Source: a virus
IMG/VR virus record: IMGVR_UViG_3300010885_023630
Span: 62,981-126,980 of that record
DNA: 64,000 bases
Strand: one strand, 5' to 3'
Shown here: positions 19,930 through 30,553 of the stretch, in pieces
Position numbering within the stretch: position 1 is the first letter of the stretch
How the letters are laid out: each line of letters begins with the position of its first letter
Made by a program: the position numbers and the translations under genes
The notes under the pieces: generated by a model
The model's database searches: none
Told to the model about the DNA's origin: nothing
The model's input: the letters and a program-made list of their open reading frames with translations, nothing else

Positions 19930-22830
19930 ATGGCACGCCAGCTTATTGAAAAATACGTTTTTACACCCGGAGCAGCCGGTTATGGAACGTTAAAGTTCCC
20001 AGGTAAAGTTGACTTAACTCAACTATTGATTATTGCGAATAAAACAGCGCAGACAAACATCTACGCTATCGGTGATGCCACTCGTAACGGCTCAATCAGT
20101 TACGACCCATTTGATACCAGCTTTACTTCCTATCCAAGTGGACAAAATTATACATTTAATCCGGTTACTAGTGAACTAGCTGGTGTCAGTACTGTAGTAT
20201 TTGCCGCTGACACTTCTACTATGTTGTCAACGGATAAAATTGCGATTTATACTGATGCTCCAAAACACTTAGGCAACATTATTCGTCCGTATGCGTTTGG
20301 TGTTGATGCTATTGAGCGTATGCGTGTAGCGCAACCACAGTCATTGATCGACGCTGACTTTGAGTACGGTCTACAGCCCACTAAGTGGCAGAACTATTCA
20401 GATATTCGAAACATTCCGGGTATTTACGAAAAGCCGGGCTTGGACTTGTTCGTAACAGCTATCCAAACAGACGGCGGTAACCCAAGTATTATTACAGTTG
20501 ATTGTAGTCAAGGTCACGGTTTAAACGTAGGCGATGCTGTTATCATGTTCGGTCTTGGTAATGCTACAGCTTATGCTCGCGCTGAAGGTGCGTTCGTTAT
20601 TGCTGCCGTACCAAGCTCAACACGTTTTCAATTCTATGCCAAAGGTATTGTTGGAACATTAGGACAATCACTATTTGCTGGATCAAGCTACGCACGTCGT
20701 GGCGGTTTTTATGCCGGATCTAACTTGCCTATTACAAACTATTATAGCGATGGCGGCAGTCCAAGTAAAATTACAGTTGTTTGCGGAGCGAACCATGGTT
20801 TAGTTCCTGGTGCCCCTGTTGTTACCGTATTAACATCCTCTGGTACTAACCATGGCTTAGCGGCCGGTAACTTCTTTGCTGAAACAGTTCCGTTTGGTAA
20901 CACATTTACCTATACAGCTCGAGTTGGCGGCGCAGTATCTAACACATCAATCGCAGGAAATACATTTACACGCTCAGATGCTTATGTTCAACACAGACCG
21001 TTTGACGGTGGCGTTAACTTGGGTACATTCCTACCAAGTCACGGTGCGTCTATTAGTCGTCAAACTAAAAAATATATGCGTTACCAATCTGGTAAAGGCA
21101 TTTTGTGGACATCGGGTGTGCTGTTTAACCCTGTTCTTAACCTAGACCAAATTAGCGCAAGTGGTACCGGCGTCGGCGCAACTATTACAGTTATCACTGA
21201 AGTTGACCACGGTATGCAGGCAGGTGCTATTGTTGAAATTGCCGGTGTTATTACCTCAGGCTACAATGGTACATACGGCGTCCAATCTGTTACCAGTGAA
21301 AATACATTTACTGTTACAGCATCAAATACATTGGGAAGTGCCAATGCGATTCTTACAACATTGCCTCGTGTTACAGTTAAAGGTTGGCACGGAGCAACCA
21401 CACGATGCGGGCCATTTGATGATCAAAACGGATTGTTCTGGGAATACGACGGCCGAGAACTTGCAGTAGTTAAACGGTCGGCAACATATCAGTTGTCGGG
21501 TGTTATTGCTGTTACTCCCGGAAGCCAAACTGTCGTTGGTACCAACTGCCGTTTTACACAACAGTTAAAGCAAGGCGATCGTATTGTTATTCGTGGCATG
21601 ACCTATATGGTTGGTACCATCGCAGATGATAACAGTTTAACAATCAACCCAGAATATCGTGGGGTTAACGCATCTAGTCAAATTAAGTATACACTAGTAA
21701 TTGACCAACGCATTCCACAAAGTCAGTTTAACATTGATAAACTTGATGGCACTGGTATTAGCGGCTATAATTTATATGTTTATAAGATGCAGATGTTGGG
21801 TATCAGCTTCAGCTGGTATGGCGCGGGCTTTATTGACTTTATGTGTCGTGGACCAGACGGTAATATGATTATGGCACACCGCATGAAGCAAAACAACATC
21901 AACGACGAAGCGTACATGCGTACAGGTAACAGTGCAGTGCGTTATCAAGCTATCAACGAATCTGTTAAGGATCGTTTGGCCGTTGCGTTAACAGACTCTG
22001 CTACTAGCGTGACCTTATATGATGCTAGTCGTTTCCCAGTAACTGGCGGTACAATCTTAGTTGAAAACGAGTTAATTAATTACACAGGTGTTTCGGGTAA
22101 TACCTTATCTGGATGTACTCGTGGCGCCAGCTTCAGTATGTTTATCGGTGGATCTAATAAAACTTTTACTGGCGGAGCCGCAAGAGCACACGCAGTGGGC
22201 AACGGATACACCGGTGTCACCTTAATCAGTTGTACAGCGGCCCCAATTGTTAACCATTGGGGTAGTAGTTATATCATGGACGGTAACTTTGATGAAGATC
22301 GCGGTTACTACTTTAACTATGCGGCAGTTGGTAATACACTAACTGCTCAACAAAGTAAGTCGGTATTCTTCTTGCGTTTATCCCCATCGGTTAGTAACTC
22401 TATTGCGGGTGCGTTCGGGGATCGAGACCTTATTAATCGCGCACAGTTGTTGCTACAAAAATTACAGGTACAGTCAGACCAGTCGGTTCAGGTTTATGGT
22501 ATTTTAAACCCGAGCAATATTGACGCTAGCCAATTAACATGGACAAACGTAAATACTACCGGCCTGGGATCACAACCATCATTTGCCCAAATTTCTACTA
22601 CAGTTAATACAACAGCCCAACCGGGCGAACAGAACTTTAGTACACTTGGACAACCGTCGGGATTTAGTGAAATTGACTTGTCAAGTCTTAAAGAATTAAC
22701 AAATTCCGCTATTGGCGGGTACAGTAACTATCCAGACGGACCGGACGTTTTAGCAGTTGTTGTTAAAAATCTGTCAAATAGCACAGTAAACGTAAACGTC
22801 AACCTGTTCTGGTCCGAGGCACAAGCATAA
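19930..22830 (+). CDS. conserved virion structural protein (baseplate/tail-associated)
   Basis: 966 aa; 'SLIDADFEYGLQPTKW' and 'RQTKKYMRYQSGKG' motifs typical of large aquatic myophage structural proteins. Confidence 0.65.
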   Translation: MARQLIEKYVFTPGAAGYGTLKFPGKVDLTQLLIIANKTAQTNIYAIGDATRNGSISYDPFDTSFTSYPSGQNYTFNPVTSELAGVSTVVFAADTSTMLSTDKIAIYTDAPKHLGNIIRPYAFGVDAIERMRVAQPQSLIDADFEYGLQPTKWQNYSDIRNIPGIYEKPGLDLFVTAIQTDGGNPSIITVDCSQGHGLNVGDAVIMFGLGNATAYARAEGAFVIAAVPSSTRFQFYAKGIVGTLGQSLFAGSSYARRGGFYAGSNLPITNYYSDGGSPSKITVVCGANHGLVPGAPVVTVLTSSGTNHGLAAGNFFAETVPFGNTFTYTARVGGAVSNTSIAGNTFTRSDAYVQHRPFDGGVNLGTFLPSHGASISRQTKKYMRYQSGKGILWTSGVLFNPVLNLDQISASGTGVGATITVITEVDHGMQAGAIVEIAGVITSGYNGTYGVQSVTSENTFTVTASNTLGSANAILTTLPRVTVKGWHGATTRCGPFDDQNGLFWEYDGRELAVVKRSATYQLSGVIAVTPGSQTVVGTNCRFTQQLKQGDRIVIRGMTYMVGTIADDNSLTINPEYRGVNASSQIKYTLVIDQRIPQSQFNIDKLDGTGISGYNLYVYKMQMLGISFSWYGAGFIDFMCRGPDGNMIMAHRMKQNNINDEAYMRTGNSAVRYQAINESVKDRLAVALTDSATSVTLYDASRFPVTGGTILVENELINYTGVSGNTLSGCTRGASFSMFIGGSNKTFTGGAARAHAVGNGYTGVTLISCTAAPIVNHWGSSYIMDGNFDEDRGYYFNYAAVGNTLTAQQSKSVFFLRLSPSVSNSIAGAFGDRDLINRAQLLLQKLQVQSDQSVQVYGILNPSNIDASQLTWTNVNTTGLGSQPSFAQISTTVNTTAQPGEQNFSTLGQPSGFSEIDLSSLKELTNSAIGGYSNYPDGPDVLAVVVKNLSNSTVNVNVNLFWSEAQA

Positions 22831-22855
22831 ATACGTATTATAGGGAAGAAGATAA

Positions 22856-23842
22856 ATGTCAACACAAGTACAATTTAGACGAGGAACAACGACACAGAAC
22901 AACGCATTTACCGGTGCGGTCGGTGAACTTACAGTTGATACGGATCTAAAAACCCTACGTTTACACGATGGTTCAACTGCTGGCGGCGGCGCAATTATTG
23001 TTAACACTGCAGCGGCACAGCAATTATTAAACAAAACTATGGCCAGCGGTTCTGTATGGAACGGTACTGCTGTACCTTTGGCATACGGTGGTACTGGTAG
23101 CTCGCTAACTGCCACAGCTGGTGCGTTGATGTATTCAACATCAAGCGGTGCTGGACTTACACTTGCTGGCTTAACTGGTCAGATTTTAGTTTCTGGTGGT
23201 ACCGGTGCTCCTACTTGGGTTAACGGTTCTACGTTAACAATTGGTACAGCCCAAACTGCTGTTACTGCTCAAAACATTGCTGGTGGTAGTGCTGGTCAGT
23301 TGATGATTCAGTCTGATACCGGTGTAACATCGTTTATTACTGCTGGCGCAACTGGTACGTTCTTACAGTCCACTGGTGCTGGTTATGCTCCAAGTTGGGC
23401 GGCTGGTACAGTTACATACGGTAATACAACTGTAGCACTTGGCGCCAACAGCCAAGTATTCTACGGAACACAAATTATTCAAACTGGTAACGTATATGCA
23501 GCCAACGTTATTCAAGACGGTGGCGCAATTATTGCCAACAACGCAAACGTCGCTGTCAGTAGCGCAAATACATTAACTGTTTTCGATACATTCTCAACAT
23601 CACAATACCGTAGCGCAAGATATTGGATACAGGCTTCGTATAGTGGTACATATCAAGCTATGGAAGTAATGTTGGTACAAGACGGCACAACACCTGTAGT
23701 TAGTACGTTTGGTGTAACGCGAACAAGTGGTAACTTAGGTACAGTTGCAGCAAATATTGCTAGTGGTAATACTACAATAAGTTTTATTGCCGCTAATGCT
23801 AATACTACTGTTCGTGTAATGAAAAATTACTTCTCAGTATAA
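22856..23842 (+). CDS. tail fibre-associated protein with Mtd-type N-terminus
   Basis: N-terminus paralogous to 8158; C-terminal domain paralogous to the C-termini of 2933 and 4661. Confidence 0.7.
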   Translation: MSTQVQFRRGTTTQNNAFTGAVGELTVDTDLKTLRLHDGSTAGGGAIIVNTAAAQQLLNKTMASGSVWNGTAVPLAYGGTGSSLTATAGALMYSTSSGAGLTLAGLTGQILVSGGTGAPTWVNGSTLTIGTAQTAVTAQNIAGGSAGQLMIQSDTGVTSFITAGATGTFLQSTGAGYAPSWAAGTVTYGNTTVALGANSQVFYGTQIIQTGNVYAANVIQDGGAIIANNANVAVSSANTLTVFDTFSTSQYRSARYWIQASYSGTYQAMEVMLVQDGTTPVVSTFGVTRTSGNLGTVAANIASGNTTISFIAANANTTVRVMKNYFSV

Positions 23843-24582
23843 TGCAAAAATTAAAAAAACTTTATCGCTCAAATTATGTTAGCGAAAACGTCATCACCGA
23901 ACTAAGATATGAAAACGGTGAATGGACACCTTCAGTTGAAGCAGTACCAAATCAAGTTTTTAATACACATACTACTAGTCAGGCCATTGCTATCGGCAAC
24001 GGCGAAAGTAGATTACAGTTTGATCTCGCACATATAGCAAGACACAAGGGCGGACTGTTCGGAGCCGATAGATTACAAAGTTACGGATGTAATGCCCTAT
24101 ACAGAGATTTTACACCAGATTTCTTAGTAGCAGTGGGTGATACTATTGTAGAAGAGATTGCCAATTCTGGATTTTGCGATGATCATATTGTTTATGCTCA
24201 CGGTCAACATTTATCACAATATTCAGAAAAATTTTATTTAATACCGCAAAATGTTAGTTATGATGCCGGCTCTCTTGCTGTGTATCTTGCTTGTTTTGAT
24301 GGCCACAAGAAAGTGTTTCTACTTGGATACGACGGATATGATATGCCGGGCCCGGTCAACAATGTCTATAAAGATACCAACGGCTATCCTGCCGGCACAG
24401 AAATACACTCAGAAAACTTTTGGAATTTATCTTTACTTTCAGTGATTCAAACTTATCAAGACGTTGATTTTGTCAGCGTAATGCCAACACCCAATTGGTA
24501 TGTTCCAACTGAAATTGCCAAACAAACAAACTTTAGACAAGTTGATTTTAGAAATTTTGTATTAGAAGCCGATATTAATTAA
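23842..24582 (+). CDS. hypothetical protein, MAF/DUF115-like (glycosyltransferase-related) fold
   Basis: 'AIGNGESR', 'YGCNALYRDF.PDFLVA.D' and 'VFLLGYD' motifs. Confidence 0.5.
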   Translation: MQKLKKLYRSNYVSENVITELRYENGEWTPSVEAVPNQVFNTHTTSQAIAIGNGESRLQFDLAHIARHKGGLFGADRLQSYGCNALYRDFTPDFLVAVGDTIVEEIANSGFCDDHIVYAHGQHLSQYSEKFYLIPQNVSYDAGSLAVYLACFDGHKKVFLLGYDGYDMPGPVNNVYKDTNGYPAGTEIHSENFWNLSLLSVIQTYQDVDFVSVMPTPNWYVPTEIAKQTNFRQVDFRNFVLEADIN

Positions 24583-25010
24583 TTTAATATTGATTCTAAA
24601 ACTTTAATTTTTTTCTTTACAATATCAAAATTAAAACTACGCCATAGCCCAGGATGTAACGGTCTTGGATGATCGTTTATCTCAACCCAACAATATCCTC
24701 TATGTTCATCGTTAAGTACAGGTACAAACTCGCTGTCTACGTTAACTAAGAATGTATAATATACAAACTTTCTATTATCGGCTGTAAAAGTTTCCAATGG
24801 AATAAATTTTTGTTTAGAAAAATCTTGTCCAATTTCTTCTTGGATTTCTCTAGTCAAGGCTTGTGTTACTGTTTCTTTGGGTTCAATTTTACCACCAACA
24901 ATGCCCCAAGACCCTGCGTGTTTACTTTTATTTCTTAGTAAGAAAAGATATCGATTAGTAGCGCGAGCATATACCAATGCCCCTACCCCTTCAGTATGTG
25001 TTTCGCCCAT
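24579..25010 (-). CDS. NUDIX hydrolase
   Basis: Nudix box GGKIEPKETVTQALTREIQEEIG. Confidence 0.9.
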   Translation of the reverse strand: MGETHTEGVGALVYARATNRYLFLLRNKSKHAGSWGIVGGKIEPKETVTQALTREIQEEIGQDFSKQKFIPLETFTADNRKFVYYTFLVNVDSEFVPVLNDEHRGYCWVEINDHPRPLHPGLWRSFNFDIVKKKIKVLESILN

Positions 25011-26390
25011 TTAGATAATTAAACTCCAACGTCCAGCTGGATATAATCCTTCGTAGCTCTTGACCCACGACTCCCCAGTCCATCGATATTGAACGGTTGT
25101 TTTTAAATTTGAAATGTACTGGGAATTGGCTTCACGACGGCTGTCAAACGCCACAGTCCAGTAACTACCATTCCACTCAATGATGTCGTTTGCGTTGGCA
25201 AGCAATTCTGTGCCCGGTGTACCGGCCCATGCTAATGCGCTTTCACTACCAACAGCACCAATTGGGTTTAAAATTAGATAACGTGTACCTGTTGCTGGAT
25301 TTAAAATATTACTGTCCACAGTTACATTTTTTGGGTCAATGATAGCATTAACAGGAGGTAACGTATTTGCTGGTAATGTCTCTGGAAAAGCAGTAAACAA
25401 TAATTGCGTATGATCTGTTGGGTTATAAGCAACTGTGCCTGCTATTTCGTGTGTACCGTCTGGGTAATCAAATGTTAATCTAATCTGGCTAATACCATTT
25501 GTCAACGACCCAAATATGTTTACAGCATCGGCCCAACTTGCTAGATCACCGTGAATTTGACCATCAACTACACTAGCCCTCTTATATAAAGTTAGTGTAT
25601 TGCCAACATATACAATTTCATAATCAAGCGGAGTAACTCTTTGTCTGCTCATTAAGCCACCTAGTTTTGCAATCAACTCTGGATCTAAGTCACCGTTGGC
25701 ATCGTACACACTGGCAATAATTTGAGCAACAACTCCCATCTTCTTGACCTTGGCAGGCAAGGTTAACCAAATTGGTAATTCAAAACTTAATGTGGCAATG
25801 TCGATGCTCTCGTCACCGCCCATTGGAACAGCACGACTTGTATAGTTTACACCTGTTAATAGCACTACACTTAGACTTGTCCAGTCTACAAAATTATCTG
25901 TGCTTTGTATTTCTAATCCGGGATTAAACAGCGGCAGTATCTGTTCAATCAACTGATGTTTCTGTTCTGTATTACTGGTCCAAATATCAACTTTCATTGA
26001 CAGTTTGTATGGAGCCGGCATCATTCTTTCAACTGTATATAATCCGTCTTGAGTATTTGTGTAATCTTGAGTAGCGTGATCGTATTTGCGTTCGCGCACA
26101 CGAAGAGAACCTTCAAAGTAAGGATTTTGTACACGATCTCTTTCGTAGTCCAATGCCGAGATGTAGACAGCCATTGCTGGTACAGAGTTTAATGTGTTTT
26201 CGCTGTTACCGCGCAGTATCATTGCCGCCTGGCGACTAATATCGCCATAGTACACAGGCACAGTTTGTAAAGCACGTTGGGTACCGTTGGTATTATTACC
26301 AAACTCTACTTGAAAGTTTGATAGCATACGAATAAATTGTATAACGAATCGGCGAATTTGCTTATCGTATGAAAACTGTACAGGCGCCAT
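25011..26390 (-). CDS. gp15: tail sheath stabiliser/terminator protein (T4 gp15-like) with C-terminal extension
   Basis: 'YDKQIRRFVIQF', 'PAPYKL...DIWT...QLIEQILPLFNP'; adjacent to neck genes. Confidence 0.7.
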   Translation of the reverse strand: MAPVQFSYDKQIRRFVIQFIRMLSNFQVEFGNNTNGTQRALQTVPVYYGDISRQAAMILRGNSENTLNSVPAMAVYISALDYERDRVQNPYFEGSLRVRERKYDHATQDYTNTQDGLYTVERMMPAPYKLSMKVDIWTSNTEQKHQLIEQILPLFNPGLEIQSTDNFVDWTSLSVVLLTGVNYTSRAVPMGGDESIDIATLSFELPIWLTLPAKVKKMGVVAQIIASVYDANGDLDPELIAKLGGLMSRQRVTPLDYEIVYVGNTLTLYKRASVVDGQIHGDLASWADAVNIFGSLTNGISQIRLTFDYPDGTHEIAGTVAYNPTDHTQLLFTAFPETLPANTLPPVNAIIDPKNVTVDSNILNPATGTRYLILNPIGAVGSESALAWAGTPGTELLANANDIIEWNGSYWTVAFDSRREANSQYISNLKTTVQYRWTGESWVKSYEGLYPAGRWSLII

Positions 26391-27541
26391 TAATTATCTG
26401 CTTTCGGTCTTAGTGCTTGACTCAACGGTTGACGTTCGTTAAATGTATTTCCGTTGTTGTCTACATATTGTCTAGTATTATTTACGTAACTCATACGTTG
26501 TGTCTTATTATCTGCGCCCGGAGTTAAGTTTGTACGAACGTTGTCTTCTATCTTGTTCCAACGCATACCATCAAATCTAAATAAACGATTTGGCAAATAG
26601 TCTAAGCGTAAGAAATAATCCCCTTCACCGGCATTGTTAGGAAAGCTAATACCTGACCCGGTAATAATTCCATTTGGCGCCTGTCCGTTGCCGGTTAGGT
26701 AACCTTCTACTTTTTGTGTTGGAGTTGGAGTCGCCTGAACACTAACTTCAAAGTCAACTGTTATATCTGTGTTGTCGGCTAAAATTGAATTGCCAACTTG
26801 TACATCTGTAACTGAGTCATAATATGGCGTAGTATCGTAACCACTCTTAGGAACGTCTAGTTCTGCTTGCACAACAATAGAATCGTTAATATGTTGGTAC
26901 GTACTCAGAGTACTTAAAATGTCACTGGTTTTAGTACTAGCCGTACCAGCCACAATTTGATTAAGAATGTCTTTGTACTCCTGACTATCTACTAAGGGAT
27001 TAAGTTTAACTCGCCATAAATGTGGCCACCAAGTTGGACTAAAGCCCTCCGAAGCAAAACTAGCATCACCCACTACATAATAACGTTTTAGAGCAATGGG
27101 CACATCTTGGTCTAAGGCATCGTAATCTTTTAAATGTTGTAACTCTAGTACGTCACCGGCAACTAGTTTACGACCAATTTGATCAACCATGTCACGTAAA
27201 TGGAATACCATAAAGATAGTTCCGGTTTGTAAGAACAGGCCAAATTGGCTTAGGTCAAAGTCCTGATCGCCACGTTGATAGATGCCACGCATTTTATAAA
27301 GATTGTGGTCATACTTACGATCGCGGTTTTCTACCCATAATAAATCTTGGATGTTTTTTTCGCTTTGATTAATGTAATCAGGTACAGTAGCATCTGTGCT
27401 ACCGGTTTGTTCAACGGTTCCTAGGTACTTGTTTAAAAGTACACCAGTTCCACCAATGGTAAACATTTCGGATATGCGTCTATCCATAAACTTATAATCA
27501 TTTGTGTGGGCACCGTCTTTCCAAAGACTTAAACGTGGCAT
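26390..27541 (-). CDS. gp14: neck/head-closure protein (T4 gp14-like)
   Basis: Start revised to MPRLSLWK (AGGA Shine-Dalgarno, upstream TAAATA); 'FDLSQFGLFL', 'GRKLVAGDVLEL'. Confidence 0.6.
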   Translation of the reverse strand: MPRLSLWKDGAHTNDYKFMDRRISEMFTIGGTGVLLNKYLGTVEQTGSTDATVPDYINQSEKNIQDLLWVENRDRKYDHNLYKMRGIYQRGDQDFDLSQFGLFLQTGTIFMVFHLRDMVDQIGRKLVAGDVLELQHLKDYDALDQDVPIALKRYYVVGDASFASEGFSPTWWPHLWRVKLNPLVDSQEYKDILNQIVAGTASTKTSDILSTLSTYQHINDSIVVQAELDVPKSGYDTTPYYDSVTDVQVGNSILADNTDITVDFEVSVQATPTPTQKVEGYLTGNGQAPNGIITGSGISFPNNAGEGDYFLRLDYLPNRLFRFDGMRWNKIEDNVRTNLTPGADNKTQRMSYVNNTRQYVDNNGNTFNERQPLSQALRPKADN

Positions 27542-27571
27542 AGCTAATCCTATATTGTAGTATTTATGGGT

Positions 27572-27600
27572 TTGACCCATTAAGGGTTTTAATGTATAAT
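27572..27600 (+). promoter_or_regulatory. sigma70-type promoter (probably leaderless transcript)
   Basis: TTGACC-17 nt-TATAAT, with ATG at 27607. Confidence 0.75.
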
Positions 27601-27606
27601 ACCAGT

Positions 27607-27858
27607 ATGGAAGATACAATTCGCCGTATAGACGAGCTATTTTTTAAGATTATTACTTGTAAACAAGAGCACCAGCGAGATCTTAAGCGTTTATGGCACC
27701 GCTGTAAAGACATAATTACCGAAATTAGTCGAGAAGATGTAATATGTCGTAGAAAAGGGCGGGACACAGTACGCAAGTTAGAATTGGTAGCGGAATTGGA
27801 TGAGGCTATAAATACCCTGGAGCAATACCTTGTATTTGCTACACTTTTAGGCGGTTGA
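27607..27858 (+). CDS. hypothetical protein
   Basis: Helical 83-aa ORF starting at the predicted +1 of the promoter. Confidence 0.6.
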   Translation: MEDTIRRIDELFFKIITCKQEHQRDLKRLWHRCKDIITEISREDVICRRKGRDTVRKLELVAELDEAINTLEQYLVFATLLGG

Positions 27859-27883
27859 CTAAATATTCCCAAAATGCTATACT
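27855..27883 (+). promoter_or_regulatory. sigma70-type promoter (probably leaderless transcript)
   Basis: TTGACT-17 nt-TATACT, ATG 7 nt downstream, no Shine-Dalgarno. Confidence 0.75.
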
Positions 27884-27890
27884 ATAGATT

Positions 27891-28415
27891 ATGTTGATAT
27901 TTTTAGATACAGAATTTACAGATTTTCCTGAGTCCGAGTGCGACTTGATCTCCATTGGATTAGTTGACGAAAACGGTAGGGAATTCTACGCAGAAAGCAC
28001 ACAGTACCGGCAAGAGGCCTGTAGCCAATTTGTGCGCGATGTGGTAATACCTTTATTGGGTAAACATCACAATCGTGTAGTGGATAACTATTTTGGCATT
28101 GCTAAAAAGTTAAATGAATGGTTAAAGTTTTACGACAATCCACACGATGTTGTTACTATCTGCTTTGACTACAATACAGATTGGGCATTAATGGCTCGTA
28201 TGCTATTATTGCTACCTGAAGAAGAATTGTTTGACAACATCCAAGCAAAAAACATTTGGGGCGACTTAGACAAACAAGCCTTAGATTGGTTTTGGATGGA
28301 ACGAGACACAATAGGCTGGCAACAGCACATGGCATTATATGACGCACATGGAAATAGATTTGCGTACAAGCCTTTAGTAAGAAATCGTCATAATGAACTT
28401 AACGGAGAACAGTAA
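27891..28415 (+). CDS. DEDDh 3'-5' exo(ribo)nuclease (DUF5051-like)
   Basis: 'IFLDTEFT', 'LISIGLV..G.EFYAE', 'HMALYDA'. Confidence 0.8.
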   Translation: MLIFLDTEFTDFPESECDLISIGLVDENGREFYAESTQYRQEACSQFVRDVVIPLLGKHHNRVVDNYFGIAKKLNEWLKFYDNPHDVVTICFDYNTDWALMARMLLLLPEEELFDNIQAKNIWGDLDKQALDWFWMERDTIGWQQHMALYDAHGNRFAYKPLVRNRHNELNGEQ

Positions 28416-29587
28416 TGGCAACAGTAGCTGGTATTAAAATTAAATCCAAGGCAAAAACACAACGCAACCCATTGATGGTTGATGAAAAGTACACAGGCGG
28501 TGAGCCAGTCTGGGACACCGAACGTGCCACAGCATTTGATGATGCCACATTTGACCATTTTATGCGTCAAAGTTTTTACTACTACAATTACTATTACAGC
28601 CAAAAAGATTGTAAAAAGTATGTGATAGAGTGGATGAAAACACCTGAGCTTAAATTTACAGCCGGGGATATTAAAACATTTCAGCGTAGCCCAGATAAAG
28701 CAATTGAAATGACAGCGTGTAGTCTTATTATGGCAAATCGCGTTGGTATGCCATTCCGTGGACGTCACGTTGAATACATTAAAGGTTGTATTGCTCGAGC
28801 AATTACTAGCACAGCCGATGAAGTTGAAGAAATAGTAGCAGACAAACCTAAAGCATACGTTCCTACTATTCAAGACCGCATGAACGAAAAGACAGCAGAT
28901 ACAATTGGCGAGCTTGAAGGTCATTATGATGAGTTTATAATGAATTCTAAGTATCAGTTTAAGTGTTATGATTTCTTAGTTGCCAACAACGTGCCGCAAA
29001 GTCAGCTTAGTAAATACGAAGCAGTTTATCAGGCACGATTTGACGAGCTCAAAGCCGCATACGAAAAACAAGATCCTCAATTGGTTGAAGGCTACAGCCA
29101 CCTGAAGGCCGCAGACTTTAAACGGTTCTTTACTTTCCTTGATCAAATCTTAAACGACATACAACAATATCGTGGAGTCAAGAAAGCCACCAAAAAAGTA
29201 CGTGCGCCCAAGTCTATTAGCAAGGAAAAAGTAGTTAGCAAACTCAAGTATGCCAAAGAAGATAAAATATTGCGTCTTGTAAGTGTGAACCCAGTTGATA
29301 TCATTGGCGCCCAAGAGCTTTGGGTGTTTAATATTAAAACTCGTAAACTGGGCAAGTATGTTGCTGATAGTTTACAAGGACCATTGCGTATTAAAGGTAC
29401 CAGTGTCGAAGGATTTGATCCTTTTAAATCTAACAGCAAAACATTGCGTAAGCCCGAAGAAAAGCTCAAGGAGTTTGCCAAGGCTACAAAAGTCCAATTA
29501 CGCAAGTTCCTGGAAGATATTAAAGCCACTGAAACTAAACTCAATGGGCGTATTAGCACAGATGTAGTGCTACTTAAAACGGCATAA
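28415..29587 (+). CDS. hypothetical protein (390 aa, basic C-terminus)
   Basis: Long coupled ORF with phage-like codon usage; no motif recognised. Confidence 0.6.
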   Translation: MATVAGIKIKSKAKTQRNPLMVDEKYTGGEPVWDTERATAFDDATFDHFMRQSFYYYNYYYSQKDCKKYVIEWMKTPELKFTAGDIKTFQRSPDKAIEMTACSLIMANRVGMPFRGRHVEYIKGCIARAITSTADEVEEIVADKPKAYVPTIQDRMNEKTADTIGELEGHYDEFIMNSKYQFKCYDFLVANNVPQSQLSKYEAVYQARFDELKAAYEKQDPQLVEGYSHLKAADFKRFFTFLDQILNDIQQYRGVKKATKKVRAPKSISKEKVVSKLKYAKEDKILRLVSVNPVDIIGAQELWVFNIKTRKLGKYVADSLQGPLRIKGTSVEGFDPFKSNSKTLRKPEEKLKEFAKATKVQLRKFLEDIKATETKLNGRISTDVVLLKTA

Positions 29588-29630
29588 CGTTCTTGTGTAC
29601 AGTAATAAATACTGTACATAGGAACTAATA

Positions 29631-30545
29631 ATGGCCACCCCATATCCAAACACACCAACTGCTGAACCCGGCTTTGATATACACAATAACTTCACAGCCA
29701 AGAGTTTATTTAACCCTGCCACAGGTAGTCAAAGTGGCCCACATATCGCCTTTGATGGATCGGTTTTAAGCAGTAACGACGCCCAAAGAGCCGCAATTAC
29801 AGACTACATACGTATGCGCTTAGGCGACGGCATCGTTGATGTTGAATTAGACAAAGAACACTATGAAATGGCAATCAATCAAGCACTGATTAAGTATCGC
29901 CAAAAAGGACAAAATTCTGTAGAAGAAAGTTACGCAAGTTTACAGCTTCTACCGGAAACACAAGAATACATACTGCCTAAAGAAGTACAAAACGTTAGAG
30001 CAATTTATCGCCGGGGTATCGGTAGCGTAACAGGAACAACAGCAAGTCAATTTGAACCGTTCAGTTCTGGCTACTTGAACACTTATATGTTAGTAGCCGG
30101 TCGTGTTGGCGGCCTGGTAAACTACGAACTGTTTGTGGACTACCAGAAACTAGCGATGAAGATGTTTGGCGGTTATATGAACTTTACATTTAACCCAGTA
30201 ACAAAGAAACTTACTATTATACGTAAGATGCCTTTCCAGGGTATAAACCCTCCCTTAGATCAGCAAGAGTCTGTATTGCTTTGGTTATACAACGTCAAAC
30301 CAGATCAAATGATTTTCAATGACACTTATGCGTTTCCTTGGATACAGGAATATGCTTACAGTTTTGCCAAACGCATTGTAGGTGAAGCACGTAGTAAATT
30401 TAGCAGTATTGCCGGCCCACAGGGTGGCACTACAATGAATGGCGATGCTTTAAAGCAAGAAGCCACGGCCGAAATGGAAAAGCTAGAAGACGAATTAAAA
30501 ACCTACATTGATGGCTCGGTTCCACTAACTTGGGTAACGGGATAA
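29631..30545 (+). CDS. gp13: neck protein / head-tail adaptor (T4 gp13-like)
   Basis: 'YIRMRLGDGIVDVELD', 'WIQEYA...K...GEARSKF...GPQGG..MNG'. Confidence 0.8.
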   Translation: MATPYPNTPTAEPGFDIHNNFTAKSLFNPATGSQSGPHIAFDGSVLSSNDAQRAAITDYIRMRLGDGIVDVELDKEHYEMAINQALIKYRQKGQNSVEESYASLQLLPETQEYILPKEVQNVRAIYRRGIGSVTGTTASQFEPFSSGYLNTYMLVAGRVGGLVNYELFVDYQKLAMKMFGGYMNFTFNPVTKKLTIIRKMPFQGINPPLDQQESVLLWLYNVKPDQMIFNDTYAFPWIQEYAYSFAKRIVGEARSKFSSIAGPQGGTTMNGDALKQEATAEMEKLEDELKTYIDGSVPLTWVTG

Positions 30546-30553
30546 GTATTACT

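Noticed and set aside
733-23115. Many 60-190-aa minus-strand and alternate-frame ORFs within fibre genes
   Set aside because: They are shadows of biased Gly/Thr/Asn codon usage, fully overlap long real genes, and have no start signals.
8158-23842. Diversity-generating retroelement suggested by Mtd-type N-termini
   Set aside because: No reverse transcriptase and no TR/VR pair differing at adenines was seen in the window; the domain is a common fibre anchor.
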